DNA of 64,000 nucleotides from a virus: IMG/VR virus record IMGVR_UViG_3300010376_000004; one strand, 5' to 3'. Shown piece by piece: positions 10,021 to 19,483 of this stretch (position 1 is its first letter; each line of letters starts with the position of its first letter). The notes under the pieces were generated by a model. It saw only the letters and a program-made list of their open reading frames with translations, ran no database searches and was not told where the DNA came from. The position numbers and the translations under genes were made by a program.

Positions 10021-11730
10021 TCACGACTTTAATACGTCCCGTTCCCAGATCTCCTGGTATGCCGCTTCGACCTTGTCAGTATAGCCCTTAACCACTGGAG
10101 ACTCCAAAAACTCCTGGCGCAGAGTTTTCCTGGCTTCACGCAATGTCTTCAGGTCGTTGGCAAGCGCCACAGCCTTCTCGACATACTCTTCCGGTGTCTT
10201 AGCGATCCATTCCGCTCTTCCCATGGCCGTGAGGACAGACGAGGTATTTCGCCCGCTAGGCTGCGTACCGTAAAGCGTAATGATCGGCAGACCCATATAG
10301 AGCTGTTCCAAGGCAACAATGCCGCCGCAATGAGGGAAAGGATCAAGCTGCAGATCGCTGTTGCGGTAAGCCTGCATGTGTTCCTCATGCGTGGTGCCAA
10401 TGAGGAAATGGATGCGTTTGGGATCAATATCGAAGCCCTGCATGATATCCAGCACCCGGCGGATGCTATAGGGACGAACGTAGGCGCTATCCTTGAGCCT
10501 TAAGACCGCATCCGGCACCTCGTGCAGGATCGAGGCGAAAACCTTCAGGCAAGCTTCGGAGATCTTCTCGTAGCGTGCTGATGAACCAAAAGTGATAAAG
10601 CCATTCAGCGCATAGGGCAGCGTATTGCTGTCCTTGAACTTGTAGTCTGGGGCCTCATAGGTCACCAAGCACGGCAGATCGTAGATCTTCTCGGCATAGA
10701 ACTGCCGCTCATCCTTCGGAACCGAGATCGGATCAGCAAAGAAATAGTCGATCTCGCTCATCCCGGTGCCATGGGCAAAGCCCCAAGCGGTGACCTGGAG
10801 CGGAGCCGGCTTTCTCAGAAAGATCGCCAGCCGGTTGCCGGCAGTATGCGCGGCCAGATCGACCAGAATATCGATCTTATCTTCCCTGATCAGATCGGCG
10901 GCCTCGTCATCTGTCTTGCCCTGGATGTCGCGCCACGTTCCATTGGCAACTTTCTGGAACTTCTTGGTGTAAATATCCTGTTCCGCATTAACCGGCAGCG
11001 TCGAGTACAGGTATGACGCCACCTTGTCCTTGTCGTGGTGATACAGCACATGCGAAAAGATCATCGCCGCCGAATGCTGCTTGAAGTCGCCGCCGACATA
11101 GCCAACCCGAAGCGGCCGCGGCCATTCGCGGTTGATCTTCGCCTTGCGGAACGTGCCTTCGTATTTGGCCGCCGTGATAAAGCGCTGACGCTGCTCGAAC
11201 AATTCCTTGGGCACACAAAACGATAAGGTCTGTGCAAAGCAGGCATTAGTCGCGGCCTGGGTATTCTTCGGGTCTTCATCCAGAGCCGCATTGTAATGGG
11301 CGATGCCCTCGCTCGAGCGGCCGGCTGCGCCCAGTACCATGGCGTGAACGATATGCGGATGCACTTTGCCGATCGGGCCAGGATCGGTCTTGCCAAGCTC
11401 GACTGCCCGCTCGCCCGCCTTCAGGGCATCGTCAATACGGCCAGCCTCAAGGCACATCAGCGCATAGTTCATGTAGATCGCGCCATAGCTATCATCAAAG
11501 ATCATGGCGCGCTCCATGGTCAGAAGCGCTTCGTTCAAATTGCCCTGGCTGGCAAATAAAATGGCATGGTTGTGCGTAGCGATCACATGACGAGGATCAA
11601 TGCGTAAAGCTTGTCGATAATGCCGGTCAGCAGTTGCGGTATCGCTGCGCATATGCGCTTCGACGCCCAGCTTCACCCATTCATCCGCCGGTTCCGAACC
11701 TTGCGGCGGGACAAGCATATATTGCTGCAT
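10021..11730 (-). CDS. TPR-containing GT41 glycosyltransferase (O-GlcNAc transferase / SPINDLY-like)
   Basis: N-terminal TPRs; LRVGYVGGDFKQHS, IREDKIDILVDLAAHT, KPAPLQVTAWG, DLQLDPFPHCGG motifs. Confidence 0.9.
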   Translation of the reverse strand: MQQYMLVPPQGSEPADEWVKLGVEAHMRSDTATADRHYRQALRIDPRHVIATHNHAILFASQGNLNEALLTMERAMIFDDSYGAIYMNYALMCLEAGRIDDALKAGERAVELGKTDPGPIGKVHPHIVHAMVLGAAGRSSEGIAHYNAALDEDPKNTQAATNACFAQTLSFCVPKELFEQRQRFITAAKYEGTFRKAKINREWPRPLRVGYVGGDFKQHSAAMIFSHVLYHHDKDKVASYLYSTLPVNAEQDIYTKKFQKVANGTWRDIQGKTDDEAADLIREDKIDILVDLAAHTAGNRLAIFLRKPAPLQVTAWGFAHGTGMSEIDYFFADPISVPKDERQFYAEKIYDLPCLVTYEAPDYKFKDSNTLPYALNGFITFGSSARYEKISEACLKVFASILHEVPDAVLRLKDSAYVRPYSIRRVLDIMQGFDIDPKRIHFLIGTTHEEHMQAYRNSDLQLDPFPHCGGIVALEQLYMGLPIITLYGTQPSGRNTSSVLTAMGRAEWIAKTPEEYVEKAVALANDLKTLREARKTLRQEFLESPVVKGYTDKVEAAYQEIWERDVLKS

Positions 11731-11742
11731 GATCCTTGCCTC

Positions 11743-12495
11743 TCAATGCACAATACTCAATGCCATTTGTATTTGCACCTGGATAGGCGTTGGCCAGCCC
11801 GGTCCTTGTAGGGTCACAGATGGAGTTACCATCGGCCAGCGCGGCGTAAATAATCCCATCAGCGGCCCAAAACCTATCGTTGGCGCATTAGTGAGAGATG
11901 CATTATTGGCATTACCTGATAGATCCGGTTCAGGCGATTCCAAACCGTCCACCGGCCACCAGCCAGTCAAACTCTTCGGCCTGATCTGTCCTGGCCGTGC
12001 ACCGTTTGCCAATGCTGCAAATTCGCTGGCCGTCAAGAGCACGTTCCAAGTCGCACAATCAGCAAGCCGCCCCGCCCAAGTCGCGGCTGTACCATCATAG
12101 CCAATATAAAAAATAGGGGTGGAGATGGACGGATTGGCTGACGGCGTTCTTGAGTCAGCTTGGACGCCATTCTTATAGCCAACCGATGTACTGGCGTTAA
12201 ATGCAAAGCCAAGATGAGTCCAAGCATTAGTTGTGACGCTGGCTGGACCAAAATTAAGACTGCCAGTACCACCATTATTCATGGCCAATAACCAAGTCGC
12301 ATTGTGATTGGAAATATAATAATACACAGTACCACCGCCGCTGGTCCGCAACGATGTAGCCATATAAAAGTTGCCGTCTGTCGCGGTTGGATAAGCCCAT
12401 ATCGAAACGCTTGTGTCGCCACCATTTCCTATCAGCGAGCCGGTGTTACTGTTTGATAAATACTGAGTACTGGCGAAGACGAAAGTGCGCGCCAT
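11743..12495 (-). CDS. Concanavalin A-like/LamG lectin-domain virion protein (start moved to ATG 12495)
   Basis: SVSIWAYPT...WTHLGFAFN...YKNG...GRLADCATWN...LTASE LamG-like pattern; TGATG coupling. Confidence 0.75.
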   Translation of the reverse strand: MARTFVFASTQYLSNSNTGSLIGNGGDTSVSIWAYPTATDGNFYMATSLRTSGGGTVYYYISNHNATWLLAMNNGGTGSLNFGPASVTTNAWTHLGFAFNASTSVGYKNGVQADSRTPSANPSISTPIFYIGYDGTAATWAGRLADCATWNVLLTASEFAALANGARPGQIRPKSLTGWWPVDGLESPEPDLSGNANNASLTNAPTIGFGPLMGLFTPRWPMVTPSVTLQGPGWPTPIQVQIQMALSIVH

Positions 12496-12770
12496 CAGAC
12501 CAACGGCACTCCCATTGCCATCTGCATGATGTAGCCAAGAAGCGCCGCTTGTTGGGCCGTGGTCAGGGTAAATGTCAGTGGCGGCGACCAACTAATGTTA
12601 TAAGAAACCGTGCCATTACCAACCGACACTGAAGTTGAAAGTGTGGATACCGCATTTTGCAATTGATCGACGCCGGCCACCGCAGCGGCATTTACTTCTA
12701 CAAATTGCTTTTGCGCAAAAAAGGTCGCGATCTGCCTGATCTGCTGCGGAGTGAAGACTACTGAGGCCAT
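12495..12770 (-). CDS. Hypothetical structural protein
   Basis: 91-aa ORF in the operon, coupled to the LamG gene. Confidence 0.55.
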   Translation of the reverse strand: MASVVFTPQQIRQIATFFAQKQFVEVNAAAVAGVDQLQNAVSTLSTSVSVGNGTVSYNISWSPPLTFTLTTAQQAALLGYIMQMAMGVPLV

Positions 12771-12849
12771 AGCTTATCTTCCCGTAAGGCCAGAAGCTTG
12801 AAAGTACCAAATAGCAAAGACACCGCGACAATAGCGGAAATACATCTGG

Positions 12850-13335
12850 TTACTCCCAAACTAGGCTAATTTGCCAAACGCTAGTCTGGGCCAATGTCCA
12901 ACTGGTGTGGTTGAACGTAGCCAACACGGTCAGAATATTGTTGGCGGTTGGTGTCGTGCTGAGTGTGATCTTAGTTTCTACGATATTATCCACGGCCGTC
13001 CATGCCGTGGAATATTGTGTCTCGGCCGTCAGCACCGTCGAACCGATGTTGGAACCAACTGCAGTCTGACCATCCGACAACGTCAATACTGCCGTTCCTG
13101 ACGAAGCGTTCGACCACGCCAGTATTCGCGCTTTCAGTGTTCCCGAAGGGATGGCTTCCGGCAGGTTGAACTGCAACGGTATAGCCGCTTCTGCGGCCAA
13201 GCTGGCAATCACGCCGATGCCTTCTATAACGCTTTGTGATGCAGTGCCGGTGCTGCTGCTATAGAATGTCGGCGACAAATTGCCAGACGCGCCGCCGAAA
13301 TACATCGAAGAGGGAAAGATCGGACCTCCAGCCAT
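12850..13335 (-). CDS. Hypothetical structural protein (beta-rich)
   Basis: 161-aa Thr/Ser-rich ORF directly downstream of the giant repeat gene. Confidence 0.6.
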   Translation of the reverse strand: MAGGPIFPSSMYFGGASGNLSPTFYSSSTGTASQSVIEGIGVIASLAAEAAIPLQFNLPEAIPSGTLKARILAWSNASSGTAVLTLSDGQTAVGSNIGSTVLTAETQYSTAWTAVDNIVETKITLSTTPTANNILTVLATFNHTSWTLAQTSVWQISLVWE

Positions 13336-13344
13336 TTTCGCTCC

Positions 13345-16300
13345 TTAGAACAAGTATCCCAGCAAGGTCAACAGCGCCGTTGCCGATGTATTGGTCGTAC
13401 CAGGGTAATTAAACCACAACATGATGGTTTGCGTCAGCCCGCCGACCACGTCCAGCATTGCGTTCTGGACGCCGAAGCTGGCGGCGGCGGCGGATACTCC
13501 GACAGGAATCACACAGAGCTGCGGCTTAGTCGACAAGATCGTTGGCGAAGTCGCAGTACCAGTCGTGCCGGCGCTGGAATGGGCAACCTGGAAATAGCCG
13601 ACTGTAGGTGATGTTGCTCCAGCGCCCGTCATCAGGATGTTGACGAAGTTGAGCCGGAAGTTGGTGGCTGGGATGCTCCATGCGCTGGTCACCGTCGCAG
13701 CCGTCGTGCCGACAAAGATCGTAAACGGGATCGGTCCAGCCGACGACGAGGCCGCAGCCGCCAACGCAATACTCGCCACGACGATCACACGCACCTGCGT
13801 AGACTGGCCGACAGTGATCGTACCACCGGGCAGGCTGACCAGAACTGTGCCTAATAATGTCGACACGGTGCCGACCGTCTGGGTTGGCGCGAGCCACACC
13901 AACTGCCCAGTTGCTGCGGTCTGGGTCGTAGTGAACACGCCAGACAAGCTAGCGATGATGGTCTGCGTCGGCGCCAGCCAAACAAGCTGTGCAGTCAATG
14001 ACGTTTGCGTTGTGACCGTAGTGCCGCCGACTGAGGCCGACACTGACACCGACACTGACACCGAGATCGTATTGCCGACCCAGACCGGCAAGCCGCTGAT
14101 GCCGCTCAAGCCAGACGCTGTCGTTGTTATGGTAATGCCTGCCACTGCAGCAACAACAGCAAGACCAGTTTGCGTGGCAGTAAATTGGGTTCCAGAACTC
14201 GCTGTCGTAAACGATAGGAACGCAGCCGTGACGACTTGCGTACCCAAGATCGTTACGACGGTCAGAACGGTAACGATAGTAGAAACCGTCCCAAGAGTAC
14301 CTACACTGGCCAACGTCTGACTTGCTGCAAGCCAATTAAGTTGCCCAGTACTACCGGCAGCTTGCGCAGTCGTTCCACCCATAACCAGAACCGGCAGCGC
14401 TAGAGTGGACGTAAAGCCACTCATGGCACTTGTCGGTGTGATGCCGCTGATCGAAACCGGCCCAGCTATGGTTACAGAACCAGTCCCTATGGCAACTGTC
14501 TGGGTGCCAAGAATAGTAACAATGGTCAGAACACTGGCGACCGTCGCAACAGTACCGATGGATGCCAGTGTCTGGCCCGGCGCCAACCAAACAGCCAGAC
14601 CCGATGTCAAGCTTGACTGAGTTGTAGTGACCGCAACACCGGCCCAGGTCGAGATCGAAACAACACCAGATACCACAACGTTCAGCGATGTGCCCGTTAC
14701 CGAAACTAAACCAGACACTACAACATTGAGTGACGTGCCAGTGACGGAGACTATGCCGCTAACGACAACATTCAACGATGTCCCAGTCACGGACACCACG
14801 TTCCCCACCGTCACCGTCATAGTCTGTGTCGGAGCGAGCCATACCGGCATGCCGGTGGTTAGTGACGACTGGGTCGTTGTTACAGCCAGTGCCGGATTAG
14901 TAACCGTAACAGTGCTGACAACGTTGACTGAACCCGTGATCGACACGCCAGGAACGACGCTGACAATTTGCGTTCCCAAGATCGTCACAATGGTGGAAAT
15001 CAGCGATAACGTTTGTGTCTGCGCCAGCCACACAAGCTGAGCCGTATTAGAGGTCTGCCCGGTAAACGTCGTTCCAGGTGCTGCGCCGCCCGCGACCACG
15101 TTAACTTGCACAGTGCTGAGAACCGTGACGATCGTTGCAACAGTCGAAACAAGTGACAGCGTTTGCGTTTGCGCCAACCATACCAACTGCGCTGTATTGG
15201 ACGTCTGTCCTGTGAAAGTAGTTCCTGGTGCCGCACCGCCGGCTACGACATTGACCTGAACAGTAGACAGCACTGTGACGATAGTGGCGACCGTCGAGAC
15301 CAGAGCCATAGTCTGCGTCGGTACCAGGATGATAGGTAAGCCGGTCGTCAGGGACGATTGCGTCACAGTGGCGCCCAATGCACTCAACGAGACAGCCGCG
15401 ACCTGACTGACGGCAACGGTGCCAAGGACGGTAACAACGGTAGAGATCAGTGACAGCGTCTGAGTCTGCGCGAGCCAAACTAGCTGCGCAGTGTTCGATG
15501 TCTGTCCAGTGAAGGTAGTCCCAGGCGCAGCCCCACCAGCCACCACGTTAACTTGAACCGTGCTCAATATCGTGACGATGGTGGCGACGGTCGAAACCAA
15601 CGCCATGGTCTGAGTCCCAACGAGAATGACGGGCAGACCGGTTGTCAGCGATGACTGGGTAACAGTGCCGCCAAGCGCACTTAATGAAACTGCCGCAACC
15701 TGACTGACCGCAACGGTACCGAGGACTGTGACAACGGTAGAAACCAGCGACAACGTCTGGGTCTGCGCTAACCAGACGAGCTGTGCTGTGTTGGAAGTTT
15801 GCCCAGTAAAAGTCGTGCCGGGCGCAGCCCCGCCCGCTACGACGTTAACCTGAACCGTGGACAGAACGGTGACGATCGTGGCAACTGTTGACACCAGTGC
15901 CATCGTCTGGGTCTGAGCCAAAATCACCGGCAATGCAGTTGAAAGTGAAGACTGCGTTATTGTTGGCGTAACTCCGCTGATCGACGCCAACACCGACACC
16001 CCCGGCACAACCGTAACAACTTGCGTTCCTAGGATCGTTACGATGGTTGAAACCAGAGACAATGTCTGCGTCTGGGCCAACCAAACGAGCTGGGCCGTAT
16101 TGGAAGTCTGGCCGGTAAATGTGGTTCCTGGCGCGGCACCGCCAGCGACAACGTTCACTTGAACAGTGCTGAGAACAGTTACGATAGTTGCGACCGTCGA
16201 AACCAACGCCATCGTCTGCGTCTGCACCAAGATGACAGGCAGACCAGTGCTCAATGAAGACTGGGTTATGGTATTCGGCAGACTCGAGATCGAAACCAGA

Positions 16301-18585
16301 CCAACGCCTTGGGGACTGACGTTGACGGTACCAAGCACCGTAACGATAGTGCTAATCAACGATAAGGTTTGCGTCTGAGCAAGCCAAACGAGCTGCGCAG
16401 TGTTCGATGTTTGACCCGTAAACGTAGTCCCTGGCGCGGCACCGCCAGCGACCACGTTAACCTGCACGGTGCTCAACACCGTCACAATGGTCGCAACGGT
16501 GGACACCAGTGACAATGTCTGGGTCTGTGCTAACCATACCAACTGCGCGGTGTTGGAAGTCTGACCGGTGAAAGTCGTGCCTGGGGCAGCGCCACCGGCA
16601 ACGACGTTGACCTGCACGGTGCTCAGCACAGTCACGATGGTTGCAACCGTGGACACCAAGGCCATGGTCTGTGTTGGAACGAGGATGACCGGTAGACCAG
16701 TCGTCAATGAAGACTGCGTAACCGTGGCACCAAGACCACTTAATGATACGGCGGCCACTTGGCTTACAGCCACCGTGCCAAGCACCGTAACAATAGTAGA
16801 AACCAGCGATAACGTCTGGGTCTGAGCCAACCAAACAAGTTGCGCGGTATTAGAGGTCTGGCCGGTAAAGGTCGTGCCGGGTGCAGCCCCACCAGCAACG
16901 ACATTAACCTGGACCGTGGATAAAACTGTAACGATCGTAGCAACAGTAGAAACTAAAGACAGAGTTTGCGTCTGAGCAAGCCAAACCAATTGTGCTGTAT
17001 TAGAGGTCTGACCAGTGAACGTTGTACCGGGAGCTGCACCACCGGCCACCACGTTAACCTGAACGGTGGACAAAACCGTAACAATCGTTGCAACGGTAGA
17101 AACCAAGGACAGAGTTTGTGTCTGCGCCAGCCAGACTAACTGAGCGGTATTAGATGTCTGGCCCGTAAACGTAGTGCCAGGAGCTGCACCGCCGGCCACT
17201 ACGTTTACTTGAACAGTGCTCAGAACAGTAACGATAGTAGCGACCGTCGAAACCAGAGCCATCGTCTGGGTCGGAGCAAGCCAGACCGCTAAGCCGCTTG
17301 TGACTGAACTCTGCGTCGAGGCCGCACTGGCTAGACCAGATAATTGCACCGTCATTGTCTGCGTTGGGGCCAGCCATACAACTTGCGCAGTCAGTGACGT
17401 TTGCGTTGTTGCCGTAGTACCAGGAGCGGCCCCACCCGCGACCACGTTGACCTGAACGGTCGAAAGCAAAGTGACGATAGTCGCGACAGTTGCAACGGCA
17501 GAAACGGAGAACCCAGGCACAACAGAAAAAACGGCAGTGCCAAGAATGGTCGCAATAGTAGAAACGACAGCAAGAGTTTGAGTAGGAGCCAACCAGACAG
17601 CTTGTCCTGTCGTCAGCGACGACTGCGTAGTCGTAATGACAGCGCCGGAAGCAACCACAGTGCCGCTGATATTGACGGTGCCGAGAAGCGTAATCACAGT
17701 CCCGACACTTGACACCGTAACCAAAGATACGGTGCCCGATACCAATGCAGATGGCGCAATGGAAACAGCAACAGTTCCCAGCAATGTCACAACCGTAGAC
17801 ACAACAGCCATTGACTGCGTCGGAGCCAACCAAACGGCTTGACCCGTGGTCAGGCTCGACTGGGTAGTGGTTATGTTTCCACCCCCGGAAACAATGACCG
17901 AACCGCTGATCTGCACTGTGCCCAGCAACGTCGCAATCGTGGAGACAACCGCCATGGTTTGGCTCGGTGCGAGCCACACAGCCTGACCGGTCGTTAGGCT
18001 GGATTGCGTGGTTGTTATGTTGCCGCCACCAGAAACGATAACGGAGCCACTGATCTGAACCGTGCCCAGAACGGTGCCAATAGTGGACACCTGGGCCATG
18101 GTCTGGGTTGGAGCCAACCAAACGCCCTGTCCCGTGGTTAGCGAAGACTGGCTGGTATAGGACGAACCGCCACCGCCACCGGCAACGACGTTCACATTGA
18201 CGGTGCCAAGAACGGTACCGACAGTGGAAACCTGACCGACCGTCTGGGTCGGCGCGAGCCATACCAGCGCACCCGTAGCCGCCGTTTGCGTCGTCGTGGC
18301 AACGGCCGTCGAGCCACCAAGCGATACGTTCAAGGTCTGCGTCGGGGCGAGCCAAACGACAGCGCCGGTTACAGCCGTTTGCGTGGTCGCTGCCTGGGCG
18401 GTCGTGCTGAACGAGGCTACTGCGGTGACCGACGCCGCAACGAGAAGGTTGCCGGAAGCATCGATATGCAGCGGCTGCAAATTGCTGGAGGCATCGATGC
18501 CACCGACTGCCACGCCGCCAGGAGGCATGGACTGCGAGAAAGCGCCGCCTTCGGGAGGGGAGTTTCTGCCGCCAGGGTCGGCCAT
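13345..18585 (-). CDS. Giant Thr/Val/Ser/Ala-rich repeat protein (1746 aa); putative fibre or surface glycoprotein
   Basis: Single ORF with GGAGG RBS; recurring WLAxTQT motif; ten copies of VQVNVVAGGAAPGTTFTGQTSNTAQLVWLAQTQTLSL. Confidence 0.85.
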   Translation of the reverse strand: MADPGGRNSPPEGGAFSQSMPPGGVAVGGIDASSNLQPLHIDASGNLLVAASVTAVASFSTTAQAATTQTAVTGAVVWLAPTQTLNVSLGGSTAVATTTQTAATGALVWLAPTQTVGQVSTVGTVLGTVNVNVVAGGGGGSSYTSQSSLTTGQGVWLAPTQTMAQVSTIGTVLGTVQISGSVIVSGGGNITTTQSSLTTGQAVWLAPSQTMAVVSTIATLLGTVQISGSVIVSGGGNITTTQSSLTTGQAVWLAPTQSMAVVSTVVTLLGTVAVSIAPSALVSGTVSLVTVSSVGTVITLLGTVNISGTVVASGAVITTTQSSLTTGQAVWLAPTQTLAVVSTIATILGTAVFSVVPGFSVSAVATVATIVTLLSTVQVNVVAGGAAPGTTATTQTSLTAQVVWLAPTQTMTVQLSGLASAASTQSSVTSGLAVWLAPTQTMALVSTVATIVTVLSTVQVNVVAGGAAPGTTFTGQTSNTAQLVWLAQTQTLSLVSTVATIVTVLSTVQVNVVAGGAAPGTTFTGQTSNTAQLVWLAQTQTLSLVSTVATIVTVLSTVQVNVVAGGAAPGTTFTGQTSNTAQLVWLAQTQTLSLVSTIVTVLGTVAVSQVAAVSLSGLGATVTQSSLTTGLPVILVPTQTMALVSTVATIVTVLSTVQVNVVAGGAAPGTTFTGQTSNTAQLVWLAQTQTLSLVSTVATIVTVLSTVQVNVVAGGAAPGTTFTGQTSNTAQLVWLAQTQTLSLISTIVTVLGTVNVSPQGVGLVSISSLPNTITQSSLSTGLPVILVQTQTMALVSTVATIVTVLSTVQVNVVAGGAAPGTTFTGQTSNTAQLVWLAQTQTLSLVSTIVTILGTQVVTVVPGVSVLASISGVTPTITQSSLSTALPVILAQTQTMALVSTVATIVTVLSTVQVNVVAGGAAPGTTFTGQTSNTAQLVWLAQTQTLSLVSTVVTVLGTVAVSQVAAVSLSALGGTVTQSSLTTGLPVILVGTQTMALVSTVATIVTILSTVQVNVVAGGAAPGTTFTGQTSNTAQLVWLAQTQTLSLISTVVTVLGTVAVSQVAAVSLSALGATVTQSSLTTGLPIILVPTQTMALVSTVATIVTVLSTVQVNVVAGGAAPGTTFTGQTSNTAQLVWLAQTQTLSLVSTVATIVTVLSTVQVNVVAGGAAPGTTFTGQTSNTAQLVWLAQTQTLSLISTIVTILGTQIVSVVPGVSITGSVNVVSTVTVTNPALAVTTTQSSLTTGMPVWLAPTQTMTVTVGNVVSVTGTSLNVVVSGIVSVTGTSLNVVVSGLVSVTGTSLNVVVSGVVSISTWAGVAVTTTQSSLTSGLAVWLAPGQTLASIGTVATVASVLTIVTILGTQTVAIGTGSVTIAGPVSISGITPTSAMSGFTSTLALPVLVMGGTTAQAAGSTGQLNWLAASQTLASVGTLGTVSTIVTVLTVVTILGTQVVTAAFLSFTTASSGTQFTATQTGLAVVAAVAGITITTTASGLSGISGLPVWVGNTISVSVSVSVSASVGGTTVTTQTSLTAQLVWLAPTQTIIASLSGVFTTTQTAATGQLVWLAPTQTVGTVSTLLGTVLVSLPGGTITVGQSTQVRVIVVASIALAAAASSSAGPIPFTIFVGTTAATVTSAWSIPATNFRLNFVNILMTGAGATSPTVGYFQVAHSSAGTTGTATSPTILSTKPQLCVIPVGVSAAAASFGVQNAMLDVVGGLTQTIMLWFNYPGTTNTSATALLTLLGYLF
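15000..17230 (-). repeat. Coding repeat region with a 150-nt (50-aa) basic unit
   Basis: Identical peptide repeats; adjacent copies 16951-17100 and 17101-17250 differ at about 32 of 150 nt, all synonymous. Confidence 0.9.
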
Positions 18586-18599
18586 GCTTGGCCTCCCCG

Positions 18600-19202
18600 C
18601 TACTTCAGTTCATCGATGACGGCACGTAACCGATCGATCTTTGCCTCAAAGGCCTTAGCCTTGGCATCGGCCTCCGCAGCCGCTTGGCCTGCACGCTGCG
18701 CCATGGTCCGCGACCGTCCCGCTTCCTCTTCCGCCTTGCGCTCAGCCGCTCGCGCATCACGGGTACGGTTATTGAGGTCGGCAATGGTAGCATCGATATC
18801 GCCGCGCGCTTTCCTGACATAGTCGTCGGCCTGCGTGCGGATCTCTTGCGCCTCCGCTTCGGTCTTTTGCTTGGCCTCCAGGGCAGACCGCGAGGTATCC
18901 TGCGCACGCTTGTTGGCATCATCGATGATCTGCTTGGCCTTGGCACGAGCCTCGGCCAGCGTCTTCTTGGCTTCTTGACTATCCCGCTCAGCCTCTTCGC
19001 GCCTGTCCTGTGCTTGCTTTAATGCCGTAGCAGCTTCCTTGCCAAGGCTCAGTTGCTTGTATGCGGCTTCTTGCTGGTCGCGCAGATCGACCAGCGCACG
19101 CATGCGAGCCAGGAAATTGTCGCCGCCACGAGCAACCGCGGTGAAGTCATCATCGCCGCCGCCTGCCGGTCTTGCTCCCTGTGCGCCAGTTGGATCAACC
19201 AT
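18600..19202 (-). CDS. Coiled-coil protein (start moved to ATG 19202)
   Basis: Ala/Glu/Lys/Arg heptad-rich; N-terminus MVDPTGAQG resembles MADPGG of the downstream giant protein. Confidence 0.6.
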   Translation of the reverse strand: MVDPTGAQGARPAGGGDDDFTAVARGGDNFLARMRALVDLRDQQEAAYKQLSLGKEAATALKQAQDRREEAERDSQEAKKTLAEARAKAKQIIDDANKRAQDTSRSALEAKQKTEAEAQEIRTQADDYVRKARGDIDATIADLNNRTRDARAAERKAEEEAGRSRTMAQRAGQAAAEADAKAKAFEAKIDRLRAVIDELK

Positions 19203-19204
19203 GT

Positions 19205-19483
19205 TCAGTCCTGTCGCCAAGATACGCCATTGCAAATAACCGGTCCTGCCGACGTGCCACCAGCAGTCACTGCGCCAAGCCAAGTCGTAGCAGTAGCATT
19301 ATCGCTGACGAACCCGCGTGTACCGGTGGCACCAGCGTTGCAAGTCGGCAATTGAGAAACCGTACCAGGAGAAAGGATCGCGCCGCCAGGAGGCGAGTTT
19401 GTGCCTGTCGGTTGCGCATCCGCCAAACTGACACAGGCGAAGCTCGCCAACGGTAACAGCCCAGCATAGACGATATTTTTCAT
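19205..19483 (-). CDS. Small protein with signal-peptide-like N-terminus and fibre-terminal-like domain
   Basis: MKNIVYAGLLPLASFACVSLADA leader; C-terminus similar to the end of 34554..37439. Confidence 0.55.
   Translation of the reverse strand: MKNIVYAGLLPLASFACVSLADAQPTGTNSPPGGAILSPGTVSQLPTCNAGATGTRGFVSDNATATTWLGAVTAGGTSAGPVICNGVSWRQD

Noticed and set aside
13860-18360. Several GCGAGCCA matches on the plus strand within the giant gene
   Set aside because: They are the reverse complement of Trp-Leu-Ala codons and lack the N9-AGnnnnCCA-N9 spacing
13429-18822. Many short ORFs overlapping the giant gene, including 17150..18355 (-)
   Set aside because: Alternative-frame shadows of a low-complexity coding repeat
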